Assembly (NCBI GenBank): GCA_964016885.1
Contig: OZ024741.1
Location: 362,080,001-362,144,000 of the forward strand
Direction of reading: 5' to 3'
Length of the DNA stretch: 64,000 nt
Source of the DNA: Eledone cirrhosa
Lineage: Eukaryota
A model generated the notes under the pieces. The model was given only the letters and a program-made list of their open reading frames with translations. It searched no databases and was not told the DNA's origin. Shown here one piece after another: positions 25,930 to 39,809 of this stretch (within the stretch, counting starts at the first letter, position 1; every line of letters starts with the position of its first letter). The translations under genes were made by a program, and so were the position numbers.

Positions 25930-26330
25930 ACACGGAAGAACCGAACTCCCACTGTCATCGTCTCCATCTCTCTGTATGGTGAGCAAATGGGTTCCCACGT
26001 GCTGGCTGCCCCACGGCCCCGGCAGACAGAATGGAGAAGGCGTACCTTCGGAGGATGGTAAGGGAAATGCGCTGGAAGAGCCATTCCATCTCGCGAGGCT
26101 CACACCTGCGGCTGGCCAGCTCAGCGGCTAAGGTGGTGAGTAGGGAGGTAGCCTTAAGGCCAAGGACACCAGAAGTCTCCACAGCAAACCTGTCGGAGAG
26201 CGACTGATACTTAAAGAGTTTGCCGCCCTCAGCCCGAAGTGCAGCAGAACCTGGGTTAGTCGCAGACTACACCAGGTTGCGGCTGGGGAGTGTGTCGCTG
26301 CAAGTGGCATACTAGACGAAGGGTTTTCCA
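25930..26330 (-). mobile_element. CRE-clade LINE 3' fragment
   Basis: VETSGVLG...EPREMEWLFQRISL; homologous to the CRE piece at 39810-40463. Confidence 0.7.
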
Positions 26331-26978
26331 GCGCGGAACCGGAAGATGGTCATACCGTCAAAGTTATAGTGCAATGAAATGGACCTCTGTCGATTTCGAC
26401 GATGGCTGTTCCAGTTGTTCAATGAAAAACCAGTCTGCTCGGGAAATTAACGTGCAAGTAGCTGAGCATTCCACAGATACGTGTACCTTTAACGAAACTT
26501 CAAGAAGATTCAGTATAACAGGAAGATTCAGCGTGTGAGAAGATTGACCTTTTGAATTACAGGTACATTTCACCCGACAGACTTCCAAACAATTTCCATC
26601 TATCCAATTTCACTCACAAGGTTCGAATCGACTCTTCGCAAGATGCCACTAATAATTGCGAGATTAACTTCTTATCTATTCAGCCAAGACTGTAGTTAAT
26701 TCCCTTCGATTAAGTTAACGAAATCAAAATTTTTTTCTTTTCTCTAAATTCTTATTTTAAAAAAAATCAGATTTGTTTCAATGGTTCGTGCGTGTGTGTG
26801 TGTCAGTCAAATTGCCGGCAAAATAGATATATTTATGTCAACATAGAGCATTACACAGCTAACTAGATGTACACGAGGTTAGGAATAATACTTTAAAAAA
26901 AAACCCTAATAAAATAAAATAAAATAGGTACGGAAGACAACTCTGGAGCTGTTTCGGTATAATTATGACCTAACCAAG

Positions 26979-27422
26979 GGCGGTGGATTAGCAGTATCGG
27001 TAGAGGGTCGGACGCCATGCTTTGCAGCATAGAGTTACGGCCCTTTATGATCTGAGTTCAAATCCCGCCGAGGTTAACTTTGCCTTTCATCTTTACGAGA
27101 TCGATAAAATAAAAGTACCAGTCACGCACTGGGGTCGATTTAATCGACTTTCCCTCACCCAAAATTGCTGGCCTTGTGCCTATATAGGAAACCATAATTA
27201 TGGCCTAACCAAGACGCACAGACTTCCCCGTACTTACGAAATAATAATTGTTTCTGATTTGGGGAGAGGGGCAATTCGACTAAATCGACTCCAGTGAATT
27301 ACTGGTACTTTATTTTATCAACCCCATAAGGATGAAAGGCAAAGCTATAACCTCGGCGGGATTTGAACTCAGAACTTAAAGGGACGTAACTCTAGACTAC
27401 GAAGCATGTTGTCCAACGCTAT
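26979..27422. mobile_element. Two Nin-like SINEs tail-to-tail (26979-27200 plus strand; 27241-27422 minus strand)
   Basis: Same SINE consensus on opposite strands. Confidence 0.75.
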
Positions 27423-27431
27423 GAAAGAATT

Positions 27432-27609
27432 CAGGCCTGTCACCAGGCTTTGGTGATCAGAACATTCTGGGTGGTCACTCTAATTTACTAGGGAATTTTT
27501 TTTACCTTTTAAAATTCATTTTTGTTCTTCGTTCTTGTTTTAAGAAGAAATTTTTTTTTTCTAAATCTGAGGGTACACCACCCAGTTCCTTCGCCTGGCG
27601 ACGGACCCG
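27432..27609. mobile_element. hAT-type MITE
   Basis: Imperfect TIRs CAGGCCTGTCACCAGGC / GCCTGGCGACGGACCCG; 8-bp TSD AAAGAATT / AAAGAATC. Confidence 0.7.
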
Positions 27610-27720
27610 AAAGAATCACTAAGAAAATGTACAAAATTACAAATTTACTGTTATATGTGATCATACCGACGTTTGAATTCTGGTACCACTAGTCGCGGCA
27701 AATAAATACTAACATTAGAC

Positions 27721-27875
27721 CAGTGGTTCTCAACCGGGGTCCACATGTAATATTCCTGGGGGTTCACAGGCAAAAAATAGAATAAGCTTTTCTTTTGTCG
27801 AATAGCTATGAGGGGGTCCACCCCCCAAAATAAGGGAAAAGGGGTCCATGAGTAAAAAAAGGTTGAGAACCACTG
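27721..27875. mobile_element. hAT (Charlie-like) MITE
   Basis: 15-bp perfect TIR CAGTGGTTCTCAACC; perfect 8-bp TSD CATTAGAC at 27713-27720 and 27876-27883. Confidence 0.9.
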
Positions 27876-28188
27876 CATTAGACTCATGTAGGGTCGTCGA
27901 TGCCACTTAGCCAACTATACAGCCACCAAAGGTGCAGACCCCAGAGAGGCACACTACTGAACCTTAAAGGGTCACAGTTTAATATAAATTTATATAATCA
28001 AATTAAATATATAATAATTTCCTACAATCAATAAATAAATCACTAAACATCTTGCGTTGTAGAAATATCCCGTGTGGTGAAGAGGGTCGTATGGTGTTAT
28101 GACCTGCTACTTAATTTGACGTGGGTGAATGTGGACTGTGTAGTAGAAAATGCAGGCTTAGTTTGGTAAAAGCACGAAGTGTAAAAGC

Positions 28189-28395
28189 AATAATGATTTC
28201 TACTTTAGGCACAAAGCCAGCAATTTTGGTAGAGGGGAAAGTCGATTAAATCGACCCCAGTGCGTTACTGGTACTTTATTTTATCGACCCCGTAAGGATG
28301 AAAGACAAAGCAAACCTCGGCGGCATTTGAACCCATAACGTAAAGGGTCATAACTCCATGCTGTCTGACACTCTACCGATACTGCCAATCCACCA
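28189..28395 (-). mobile_element. Nin-like SINE
   Basis: Reverse complement of the SINE consensus. Confidence 0.75.
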
Positions 28396-28705
28396 CTATC
28401 AAACACTAAATTGAAATTATTCTATATGGGAGAATGGGGTCAATTTTAACTTCATATCTTTGAGCTTTATAAAATATATGCGATTTATGAACCACATTTG
28501 ACATAATCAGCTACAACTTAAATAGAATAAAGTGTTGTAATCTAAGAAAATATGTATGCCTGTGTGGTTAAGAAGTTCTCTTCGCAACCACGAGGTTCGA
28601 GGTTCAACCTCATTGCGTGGCACCATTAACATGTGTCTTCTGCTATAGCCTCCAGTTCACCAATGAAGAAGCTCATCACACACACACACACATATATACA
28701 CACAC

Positions 28706-28742
<37 letters not shown>

Positions 28743-28761
28743 TACATAGATATATAGATAG

Positions 28762-29077
28762 ATTTCTTTATTTACCATAAAGGCATAAAAAGAAGGGACA
28801 AATACAAAGGGGGAGTTTACATATAATCGAGTAAAAAGGGTGTAACATGAAAATAATCGAAAATAACCTCAAAAGGGAGGGGACGTGATGGGGGTTGCAC
28901 ACACCCCCGAAAAAGTGTGCAATCCTTTGCCCGGGGAGCACATGGAGAAGGTGCTCCCCTCTCCTTTACTTCTTTACCTACAGGATGGTATACAGAGAAG
29001 GCCCATTTACACGAGCCATTCTCGCCACTATCACCCACCTTTCATAAAACTGCCTGTGGCCAAGCACCTCTCTTCAT
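28762..29077 (-). mobile_element. 3' end of a second Tx1-like LINE family
   Basis: Minus strand encodes EVLGHRQFYERWVIVARMARV, similar to EVLSSQHFVERWVREASMARM at ~24750; AATAAA and (TCTA)n tail. Confidence 0.65.
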
Positions 29078-29207
29078 AGATATATAGATAGATAGATAGA
29101 TAGACACATACACACATACACACACATAGATAGATACACACACTCACACACACAGACACATACACACGCACACACAAGACACACATAATACACACACACA
29201 TACACAC

Positions 29208-29800
29208 ATGATAACTGCCACTTCTTTACAGAAGAAGGCCATCTCTTCACCGTCGTGTAGAACGGTCATGGCGCCCCGAATGACTCCGCAAACCTGCCAT
29301 ACTCCTACATACCTTTTAATGATGTGACACGCATAAGGCCTTTGTGATACGCATAAAGCCTTTGTGACATGCTAAGGCCTTTGGATAGTCTTGAATGTAA
29401 CTTGTTCCTTATGCACCCACATGTGTAGCTTGAGTTTACTCGCAAACCTATAAACTTCGTTGCAAATCTGGCACGAATATCCTGCAGGCTTTTCAGGGAG
29501 GACACCAACAAAACCAGCTCTAGACTGTTGATTGCTGTGAGCTCTTAAATGACAAGCCCAGCACGATGTTAGACATGCTCCGACCGGATATTCTCCAGGA
29601 CCTACATCACTTCTCTTGAGTGCTCTTTTAAACATTGAATATTCAATTTTTTTTTACCTCAAAGCGATCACAACCCTCATAAACCAGACTTCTCCAACCA
29701 GATCTATTCTCTGCCTTGTCTTCCCAATCCTCAACACTAATACCAAGATTCTTCAGGTTGCCTTCGACAGCAACCCTGAGAAGTATTTTTATCCTTTTTA
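29208..29800 (-). mobile_element. RTE-clade LINE 3' fragment with zinc fingers
   Basis: NLKNLGISVEDWEDKAENRSGWRSLVYEG..FE, then CQICNEVYRFASKLKLHMWVH; (TG)-type tail. Confidence 0.75.
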
Positions 29801-30277
29801 GCATCTCATTCCTGCTTTTCTCTTCTCTTCTTCTTTTCTCTTCTCGTCTCTTCTCTTCTCTTGGTCTTGAAGGAAACTTATGATTCATATGATTCATATG
29901 ACGCTAAAGTTCTATTTTTCCTGTTAGTTTACTTTCTCCATCCTTTCTCCATTATTGTTATCCTTTTCCGCAATTCACCTAAAGTTCTGCTCCATCGATC
30001 TCATTCTCGCTTCTCCCCCCTCTCTCCCTCTACCACTCTCATTTCTCATCCCATGCTTTAGGCTCTCTTTCTTCCTTTCTCTCCCACTCTCCGTTCAATA
30101 TGTGGTTATATCTTAACCCGACATTTTACCATACATATAGTATTACAGCTTCCCTTCGCGTTGAGAATACTACAATTTTCTGAAAATCCATATATATATA
30201 TGGATTTTTGTAAAATGTATGTATGTATGTATTATGTATGTATGTATGTGTGTATGTGTGTGTGTGTAAGCGTGTGT

Positions 30278-30345
<68 letters not shown>

Positions 30346-30574
30346 CGTAACCTAGCGGTTCGCTAAAAAATGAGATCAACAAAATAAGCACATGGGTTGG
30401 CATGATCGACTAAATCAAGGCGGTGCTCCAGCATGGCTACAATCTGATGACTGAAATTAGTAAAAGAATAAAAGAATGGCCACACACCAAAAGAAGCTGT
30501 TCTGTATGGAGTTTGAAACCACGCGTTCCTAAGCCCAAATCCTATTAGAGTTTCCTGGACTTGCCTTCCATTAA

Positions 30575-31040
30575 AATAATAATTGTTTCTACTTTTGGAA
30601 CAAGGCCAGCAATTTCCCAGTGTATTACTGGTATTTTATTTTATCGACCCCGTAAGGATGAAAGGCAAAGTTAACCTCGGCGGGATTTGAACTCAGAATG
30701 GCAAGGGCCAAAATAATAATGATAATAATAATGAAAATTATTGTGTACAGTGCTCAGGTGCACTACAATGCATCAAATGTGCATATATGGTACATATAAT
30801 AATGTTCAAATATCAGGAAAGTGAACAGTTTATGAGTCATGATATAGGCACAGGCACATACAGACATAGGTGCGTGTGTACGGGTGGTGAATATTAGGGG
30901 TAGTGTTGGCGAATTTCAGGACGCATAGATATTTTAAAGGATGCAGTGTCCCGACAGCTAACAACTGATGAAGGTAGTTTGTTCCATGCTTCAGCAACTC
31001 TGAGCGTTAAAAAATGTTTCCGAAAATCATAGGAACTGTA
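30575..31040 (-). mobile_element. Nin-like SINE fragment (30575-30710) next to a CR1 3' end (30712-31040)
   Basis: SINE core on the minus strand; minus-strand FRKHF.TLRVAEAWNKLPSSVV..DTASFK. Confidence 0.65.
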
Positions 31041-31529
31041 CTAGTATTTAGTGTTGGTTTCATGTTCCATTGGGTGGATTTAATGTCGCTGCATTGAATG
31101 TCAATCCATTGCAGATGAGATTTCTAGATTTAGTTGCAGTGATATATAGTTAGGGAACCGTAGGCAATGCAGAATAAAGTGTTGTAGTAGATTTATGCAA
31201 CACCTCGATCACCCTGCAGCGATCTATTCAAGCGAGACCTGGAAAAGCACAGAAAAGATCGACAGAAAACTGAATGTATTCCATTAAAGTTGTCCCTGAA
31301 AGGCGTTACAAATAAAGAGATCCCGAAGAGAGCAAAGTCACGTCTCTTGCAAGATATGATTACAGCGCAGCTGTTTCGGCTAGCTGGCCACGTTGTCCGT
31401 CTACCCGATAACCGACACTCGAAAACAGTAATGGCATGCTCCTCTTACTAAAGGTCTTGTCAATAAAATAAGTATCAAAGTGTTGAGTCAAGTGACTAAT
31501 ATACTTCTTCTTTACTACCTAGCAATATA

Positions 31530-31720
31530 ATTGTTTCTACTTTAGGCACAAGGCCAGCAATTACCCAGTGCATTACTGGTACTTTATTTTATCGACCCCG
31601 TAAGGATGAAAGGCAAAGTCAACCTCGGCGGGATTTGAACTCAGATCGTAAAGGGACGTAACTATGCTGTGCTGGAAAGCATGGCGTCCGACCCTCTACC
31701 GATACTGCCAATCCACCGCC
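31530..31720 (-). mobile_element. Full-length Nin-like SINE with target-site duplication
   Basis: Complete consensus; TAGCAATATA duplicated at 31520-31529 and 31721-31730. Confidence 0.85.
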
Positions 31721-32509
31721 TAGCAATATAATGATACCTAATGAATGAATGAAGTCCCTTATTAAAAAGTACTTGTAGTTGCACACAGTTTATTAATAGT
31801 AAAGATCAACTTTCTTGACCTTGCTTTTCAAAGTGGAGTTTAAGCATGTAAATATCATCCTCATAAAGTCAATGAATTGTAGACATGATTAGTAGTGTTC
31901 AAGTAGGTCATATTATGTTAGTTCTCATTAGACTCATCATAAACGGTGAATGGATATAGTTAGAACGTTAGATTGAATGCCATGTATTTGTTCCAGTTCT
32001 CTGCACTTTGAGTCCAAATTCGCCGTGGTAACTGACTAACTTTTATTCTTTTGGGGTGGTCTATTAATAAAGTTTAGAGTCCAGGACAGTGGATTTGCAG
32101 AATTGTTATTAGAGCGCTGGATGTGATGTCTTGCGGTATTTGATTCGGCATTTTGTGTTCTGAATTCAAATGTTGCCTCTTATGACTGGCCTCCTCGGAG
32201 CGGGAAACACAACTTTCGGAAACCACTTGACGATGATCTTCTTCCAATTTGAATGGCGTGTAAATTGGAGCAATATCTCAGCTGCATCTAAACAAGTGGA
32301 TCCTGCACTCAATTGGGATAGAAACAAAAACTAACTTTAAGAACATTTCTTATATTAGTTGTGTGATCATTAAGGTGGGTGGTAGGCCTGTCTCGCCACT
32401 AACTCTACGGTCACCAACATTACTTCTATCCAACTAACAAAGAAGCGTTAATGCGACTGCTAGAGCTGCTAAAATAGCAGCCAGATACCCCTCAAATCAA
32501 ACTCTAACT

Positions 32510-32845
<336 letters not shown>

Positions 32846-33199
32846 CCTTATCATTGATATCCGTTTTCCCTGCTAGCAAGAGTTAAACAAGTCATCACAG
32901 ACCAAATCAGTACTTAGCTGGAATCACTGACCGCTCAAACGTGCACCTGCCTGGGGTCACCTTTCTCACATATGTTCCCGTAATGTACTGATTACCTTTT
33001 ATCGTGGCAGCCACTAAGAGTTTGCCATACCTTTTTATTTGGCAAGTTTTCTATGGCTGGATGCTCTTCCTATCACCAACCATTTAACAGAATATAACCA
33101 GTCATAAATAAATTTAGAATATAACCAGTCTTAAATAAATTAAAGTTAATGGAAATGTTATTTTTAAGCTTAAGTAAATTTATTCCACATACCACCAGC

Positions 33200-33420
33200 A
33201 TAATTGAAACTTAAGCGTCAGTCCATTTCTTAGTCTCGGCACACATGATGGAGAAGACATTGCTCCGGAGTATGGCGAGAGAGACGCGCAGGAACAGCCA
33301 CTCTAACTCGCGGGACTCGCACCTGCAGGCAACCAAAATCTGCTCCAATAGCAGTGAGCAGGGAAGGTGTCAGGGAACCAAGAACGCCGAAAGTCTCCAC
33401 TGTCCCAGGCTCAACCATAA
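33200..33420 (-). mobile_element. CRE-clade LINE extreme 3' fragment
   Basis: VETFGVLGS...; same C-terminal motif as the other CRE copies. Confidence 0.6.
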
Positions 33421-33467
33421 ACCTATCAGAGAAATTAGACTATAAATGTAGTTCATAAAAAGCTGAG

Positions 33468-33850
33468 GGCGGTGGATTGGCAGGATCGGTAGAGCGTCCG
33501 ACAACATGCTTTATGGAATAGAGTTATGGCCCTTTACGTTCTGAGTTCAAATCCCGCCGAGGTTAAGGGAGTCGATAAAATAAAGTACCAGTCACGCACT
33601 GGGTCGATTTCCCTTCTCCCCAAATTGTAGCTATAATAGAAATCATTATATATATAAAAGTCTAGGTATGGCAGTATCGGTAGAGGGTCGGACGCCATGC
33701 TTTGTAGCATAGAGTTACGCCCCTTTACAGTCTGAGTTCAAATCCCGCCGAGGTTAACTTTGCCTTTCATCCTTACGGGGTTGATAACATAAAGGACCAG
33801 TAATGTACTGGGATAATTGCTGGCCTTGTGCCAAAAGTAGAAACAATTAT
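33468..33850 (+). mobile_element. Two tandem Nin-like SINE copies
   Basis: SINE consensus twice (33468-33630 internally deleted; 33670-33850). Confidence 0.75.
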
Positions 33851-35096
33851 ATATAAAAGTCTGAGATAGTTATGACAGAAACATTTTAGATCATAGGTCT
33901 GTTCATCAATATACTGTCATCAATATACTTAATATCTATTAAGCGCTAACACACTTAATAGATGTGGTTTCACATCACGAACTTGTTCTTGGCTGCTTTG
34001 CGGAAATCCACTCTATTGCTGGAATTTTACACAGTTCATGTTTCCTGTCTATGTTTCTTCGGTAGACATTAACTTACGGATGTCCAGGCTACATAAAACC
34101 GTCTACCAGGCGGTGAGGACTTACACGCTCATGACTACTACCTCTCTCATAATATACATACTCTCAGGTCTTGAATAATCACCCACGCATCCCCCGCTTT
34201 TAAAATGTTGCTAATCTATCTCCAGAGAAATGTTATTGTAAGTGATTCATATCGATACAGCAGCCAGAGAATTTAATAATTGTTTCTACTTTAGGCACAA
34301 GGCCAACAATTTGAAGCGGAGGGAAAGTCGATTAAATCGACGCCAGTACATTACTGGCACTTTATTTATCGACCTCGTAAAGATCAAAGGCAAAGCTAAC
34401 CTCGGCGGGATTTGAACTCAGAATGTAAAGGGCCGTGACTCTATGCCGCGAAGCATGGTGTCATAATAATTTTATTTTACATTAAAAAAACACATTATAT
34501 ATGACAAAAAAAGAACATTACAAGAAATCACATATTTACGAACGTACACTATACAATTACCAATTCCCCCTCCTCCGTTTATAAGAATTTAAGCAAATAT
34601 TCACCTCTCCCCCCGCTTATTGCACACACCCCTGTTATTTGGGACTCGAAAATACATATATATACGATGGGTTTCTGTCAAACCAAATTCCGATTACAAG
34701 AAATTGGCCAACCCAAAACACTTGACAAGATGTCATGTTAAATGACTGAACAGGAAACCATATGGTTACGAAGCAAAGTCCTTAACAACACAGACATGCC
34801 TGTGCATATATGTACGTACTTATGTAAGTGTAATGTATGTATATACGTACTTATGTATGTGCGTATGTATGTATGTTCTTCTGGTTTTATAATTTCACAA
34901 AGTTTTACCAATAGAGAGAGAGAGAGTCGGTTTCTAACATAGACACAAGACTCTCTGATTGGAATTTACACATCAACTAGGTAGATATGTATGCATGTGT
35001 AGATATGGATGTTATTGTATGTGTGGATGTGTATGTTTTGAGTTGTATGTGTGCATGTGTATATGCTTTGCATCTGTACATGTGTATATGCAGTTA

Positions 35097-35678
35097 TTAT
35101 ATGCAACATTTTTGGAATGTTTTACATATTTTTACTGTTCCATTAATGGATTGTACTTGTAATTTCTTAACTAGTTGTGTTCTTTCTGTTCCTGTGAAGC
35201 CTAGCTTCTCAAGATTTGTATTGAGGCAGTTACTAACATACCCCAGTGCCCCAATAATCACAGGCATAAATCTTAAGGTGTAATCAGGGTGGAGTATCTG
35301 CAGATTTCTCATCAGTTCTGCATAAATATTCTCCTTTTCACTAATCTTTGATATTATATTGGCATCTGCTGGGCATCTAATTTCCACTACTGTGCATGCT
35401 TTCTTTTCCCTGTCCCATATCATAATATCTGGTCTGTTATGCCTGCATTTTATTGGGGTTTTTACTGGAACATTCCACCAGTACTCTTTCATATTATACA
35501 TGGATGTCTTCCACATTGCTGTAGCTTTTATGTGTTTATTATCGGGGCTATCTTTTTTACGAACTGCATTGTACAGTGTTTTGGCCACTACATCATGCCT
35601 CATAGGTAGATAGTACCGCGATGACATCTTTGGACAGCTGCTGATGACATGGGTGATATCCTCGATGTTAGTTCTGCA
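35097..35678 (-). mobile_element. R4/Dong-like LINE 3' fragment (CCHC plus PD..D endonuclease) in TACA-type microsatellite
   Basis: C...EDITHVISSC..MS..YY..RHD, WWN, HNRPDIMIWD, VVEIRCP, KENIY, PVIIGALG. Confidence 0.8.
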
Positions 35679-36089
35679 GTATGTATGTATGTATGTATGT
35701 ATGTGGGTATGTAAGTATGTATGTGTGTTTGAATGTATGTGCGTATGTAGGTATGTATGTATACGTGTATGTATGTATGTGTGTGTGTGTGGGGGGGGGT
35801 ATGCATGTATATGTGTATGTGTGTGTGTATGTATGTATATATGTACATATGTATGTAAATGTGTGGGTGTGTGGGTGGGTGTAAGCATGTATTTAATGTA
35901 TGTATATATGTATATATGTGTGTGTAGGTGACCGTGTGTATGTATGTATATGTGTGTGTATGTATGTGTGTATGTATGTGTATGTATGTATATGTGCATG
36001 TATGTGTGTTATCTCTTTCTCTTAATTTCGAGTATATTTTTTTGACCGGCCACCTTCCTGGTGGCAAGATTGTAAAAGAAAAGAAATTG

Positions 36090-36677
36090 TCATCCCTTGA
36101 ATCGCAAGAATGTTTTGCAAATTTTGAAGGTGCCAGCTATCGCAGCCATTTGTAGACTATGAATTAGGGAGCTGCGCTTTTTGTCCGCAAATCCAAGTTC
36201 AGTCATACTTTGGTCCAAGCGGGTTGGTATATAACCCGTAGCTCCAACAATGATGGGTATGAAGCTAAAGGTGTATCTTGGATACTGGATTTGTAAACTC
36301 CTCATCAATGGTCCTTCTCCTGTATTTTTCTGACAACGTTTACCACAAGTGGGCAGCTGATCTCCACAACAGAACACGTTTTCAATGTGTGGTCCCAAAC
36401 AACAATATCAGGCCGGTTGTGCTTTAATTTGGTGGCAGTTTTTATTTTCAGGTTCCACCAGTATTCCTTAGTGCCATCTGTCTCAATATATTCTTCCTCG
36501 TTTGTTGTTAATTTTGTTTTCCAAAGTGCGTTCCAGATGGTTCTAGCTATCCCATCGTGTCTCATGGGGAGGTAGTAGCGAGATGACATTCTTTCGCAGC
36601 TGGCAACAATGTGGCTTACATCCTCGATCTTTGTTTTACATAGCCTACATTTATTGTTAGCTGATGGCCCTCCCTTT
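36090..36677 (-). mobile_element. Second R4/Dong-like LINE 3' fragment (distinct family)
   Basis: CRLCK..IEDVSHIVASC..RHD, HNRPDIVVWD, VVEISCP, IPIIVGATG, KICKTF. Confidence 0.8.
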
Positions 36678-38482
36678 TGTATGTATGTATGTATGTATAT
36701 ATGTATGTTTGTATGTATATATGTATGTATGTATGTTTGTTTGTATGTAGGTGAGGGTGTGTGTGTGTGTATGTATGTATGTATGTATGTATGTATGTAT
36801 GTATGTATGTATGTATGTATGTATGTATGTATCCCAGTACAACCTGTCTCATGGTCGGGTCGTTGGCGACTAAACTGGCAACCCCACCAATGTTTCTTGG
36901 TGAGGAGGGTGACTTTGGACATCCTGCAGGACTAAAAACAAGACCTGTCAAAGGGCAAAGGAGCTCTTAAGAGTCAATGGCCATCCAAAATCACTGGGAG
37001 AGATGACCCCTTAGCCTTTGTCAAGGCAGAATTCTAGGAGAAGGAAAACTCTGATATAACACCTGCAACCCTGATGGTATCCAATGATGTTGACTTGTTC
37101 TTCTTTTTGGTAAATATCATCTTGGTTAAGAGAGTGGGACTGGCTTTGTGCAGTGCCTTTGCTCACTATAAAAGCTTCACGGCACAGGCATTGCTTTGTA
37201 TCTGGAGATCTCTCTGCACTTGTCGTCACATGGTACTATGGGCCTAGCACTGTGTCAATAATTGTCACAAGTGTAGTGTTTGTACCAGAGTTTTCAAGTC
37301 GCTGGCTGGACTAAAAAGTCACACTCGTTCAGCGCATCGGTAGGGGTTCTCCTACATGGATATAAAGTAGTGGCCGTACTCGAAAACGAGTTGGCAGCCA
37401 CCATGTATGTATGTATGTATGTATGTATGTATGTATGTATGTATGTATGTATGTATGTATGTATGTATGTATGTATGTATGTGTATGTTTGTATGTATGT
37501 GAGTGTGTGGTTGGGCGTGTATGTATGTATGCATGTGTGGGTGTATGTGTAAGTGTATGTGGGTGTATGTGGGTGTGTATAAGTGTATGTGGGTTTAACG
37601 AAGGTGTATTGGTAAGAAATAGTTAGATGGATTAACATGGTTATTAGATGAAATAACAAGAATGGTCGATTTACTTTATATATAAAGGTTTACTTCACTT
37701 CAGTCAAAAAGAACAATAAACATATTACCATTAGTTGCGAAAGTTGACAATGTTATTTTGTTGTTGGCTCATGAGGCTGGTTTAGTCTGCGACCAGGAGA
37801 GAAAGAGTAATGGTCTGTAATTGACTGTAGACCTCTGGGACCTGAAGGTAGCGGTGAATCTTTCACATGGCTGGTCTGTATCGTGGTGCTCCGATCTCTC
37901 TGTATGTAAGGTGGGAAAATATAGGCTTTATATACCTGTCGCTTTCTGTCTCCCACCTTGAGGGGATAGCCCACGCATGAACCTGTTCATACCAAAAGGG
38001 TGGTGACCTAGAGTTTGACCTTTAGGTGTCACCCAAGGTTCAAGGCCTGGATAGATTTCGCTACATATGTGTTAAAAACTAGGTTGATCTAGGTAAAGTT
38101 ATAACCAAAGTGATACAAATTCCTAATTATACATTTAGTGGTTTTAATCAATAGGGTACAATCCCAGCATTTATTGTTCGATAAGTCAGGAACTTATTTT
38201 ATCGATCGCATTTTTTTAATTTTCATCAAAGTATCAAATTACCGGACCTAAACAAACAGTAAACACTAGGAAACACACACACAGGCACAGACATACACAA
38301 CACATGCACAACACACAACACACACATGCACACACATACACACATACACACAAACACACACACACATACACACAACACGCAGATAGCACACACACCACAC
38401 ACACATATATAAACATACACACACATACACAAAACACACGCGCACACAACACCACACACTCCCATATATATATATATATATA

Positions 38483-38640
38483 TAGGAAAAAGTATGACCC
38501 CGACGGCAGAGTTCAAGCCGTTTCGACGGCTATTTTTAGTTCAGAAATACTTTTTCCTATTTCCCACTCTACTACCCTAAGTATTGAGTACTCTGGTGCG
38601 TTATGGTCCATCTGGTTCCTTACCACAATTCCTTTGTTAT
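38483..38640. repeat. Rearranged (half-inverted) copy of the HHR element at 150-290, between (TA)n tracts
   Basis: 38483-38540 matches 230-285 directly; 38548-38640 is the reverse complement of 150-242. Confidence 0.8.
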
Positions 38641-38968
38641 ATATATATGATAATAATAAGGGTTGACGGACCCAGCATATTTATCAATGCCACTACCGGT
38701 TGTATCATGGCGTACTCCATGGGCAATGTAAGATACATTACCAGAGTATACACAAAGTTATTTGCTTCAACACAACACACGTAAGACGGGTGCCTATATA
38801 TATTGACACTAATTTTAATGTGAGCAAATGCACTTTTACCAAGCGGCCACGTTTCGAACTTGAAACCTCTTTCCATTGGATTTGACCCCCCCCCCCCCAT
38901 ATTACCATCACTACCATTATAAACCCCTGGGCGACAGGTCTGCCAATGTGACTCTTATTTGTTACAAA

Positions 38969-39133
38969 CAGTGCCGGTTTTACCAATGTGCTTAGGTGTG
39001 CTTAATCACAAAGCCTCGTTGGCCAGGAAGGGGATCTTTCTACCAAAAAATCTTTGTACCCCCTTCAGGGCCCAAGTAAGGGTCCTCATAACTTATCTAG
39101 CACGGGGCCTCATTTGTCCTAAATCAGGCACTG
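38969..39133. mobile_element. hAT-type MITE
   Basis: TIRs CAGTGCCGGTTTTA / TAAATCAGGCACTG; degenerate 8-bp TSD GTTACAAA / GTTACGAG. A related end lies at 39416. Confidence 0.65.
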
Positions 39134-39359
39134 GTTACGAGAGAAATCTGAGTAAATAATAAAACCTACAAATAATGAGATACAAATTTATTTGTAAATC
39201 AGTTCAATTCTCTGTTTCTTTTTGGCAAATTCACCGATTACTCTGCTTTAAAATGTATCAGCACCAACACTCTACGTTCATCTTTGTCAAAAGGTCTTTA
39301 TTTGTGGAAAGGGAGATCGAATTACTCAATCTCTCTTCACTTTGAGAACACCTCATATA

Positions 39360-39416
<57 letters not shown>

Positions 39417-39809
39417 AGTGCCGGATTTAGGAGTAAAGAAGCCCTATGCTAGTTAAGTTATGGGGCCCCAAATATTAGAAAAATTCATCGTAAAATTTTT
39501 TGGGGGCAGGAAGATGTGCGCGTGTGCGTGCGTGTGTGTGTGCGTATGTGTGTGTGCGTGTGTGTGTGTGCGTGTGAGAGAGAGATCGATAAAGTTAATA
39601 CAAGACTTTTATTTATTCAATATACAAAATCACACAATGTCATGAAAGGCCATTGATGTAATATATTAGCAAGTGGGCAGTCTCTAATAAAGGGAACAGA
39701 AAAGGAAGAAGAAGAAGAAAAGGAAAAGGAGAAAAAGAAAGAAGGATCAAACAACGAAAGAAAAGGAGAGAGGATAGGACAGTCGCTACATCCCAGTCTG
39801 AGCGGTGGT

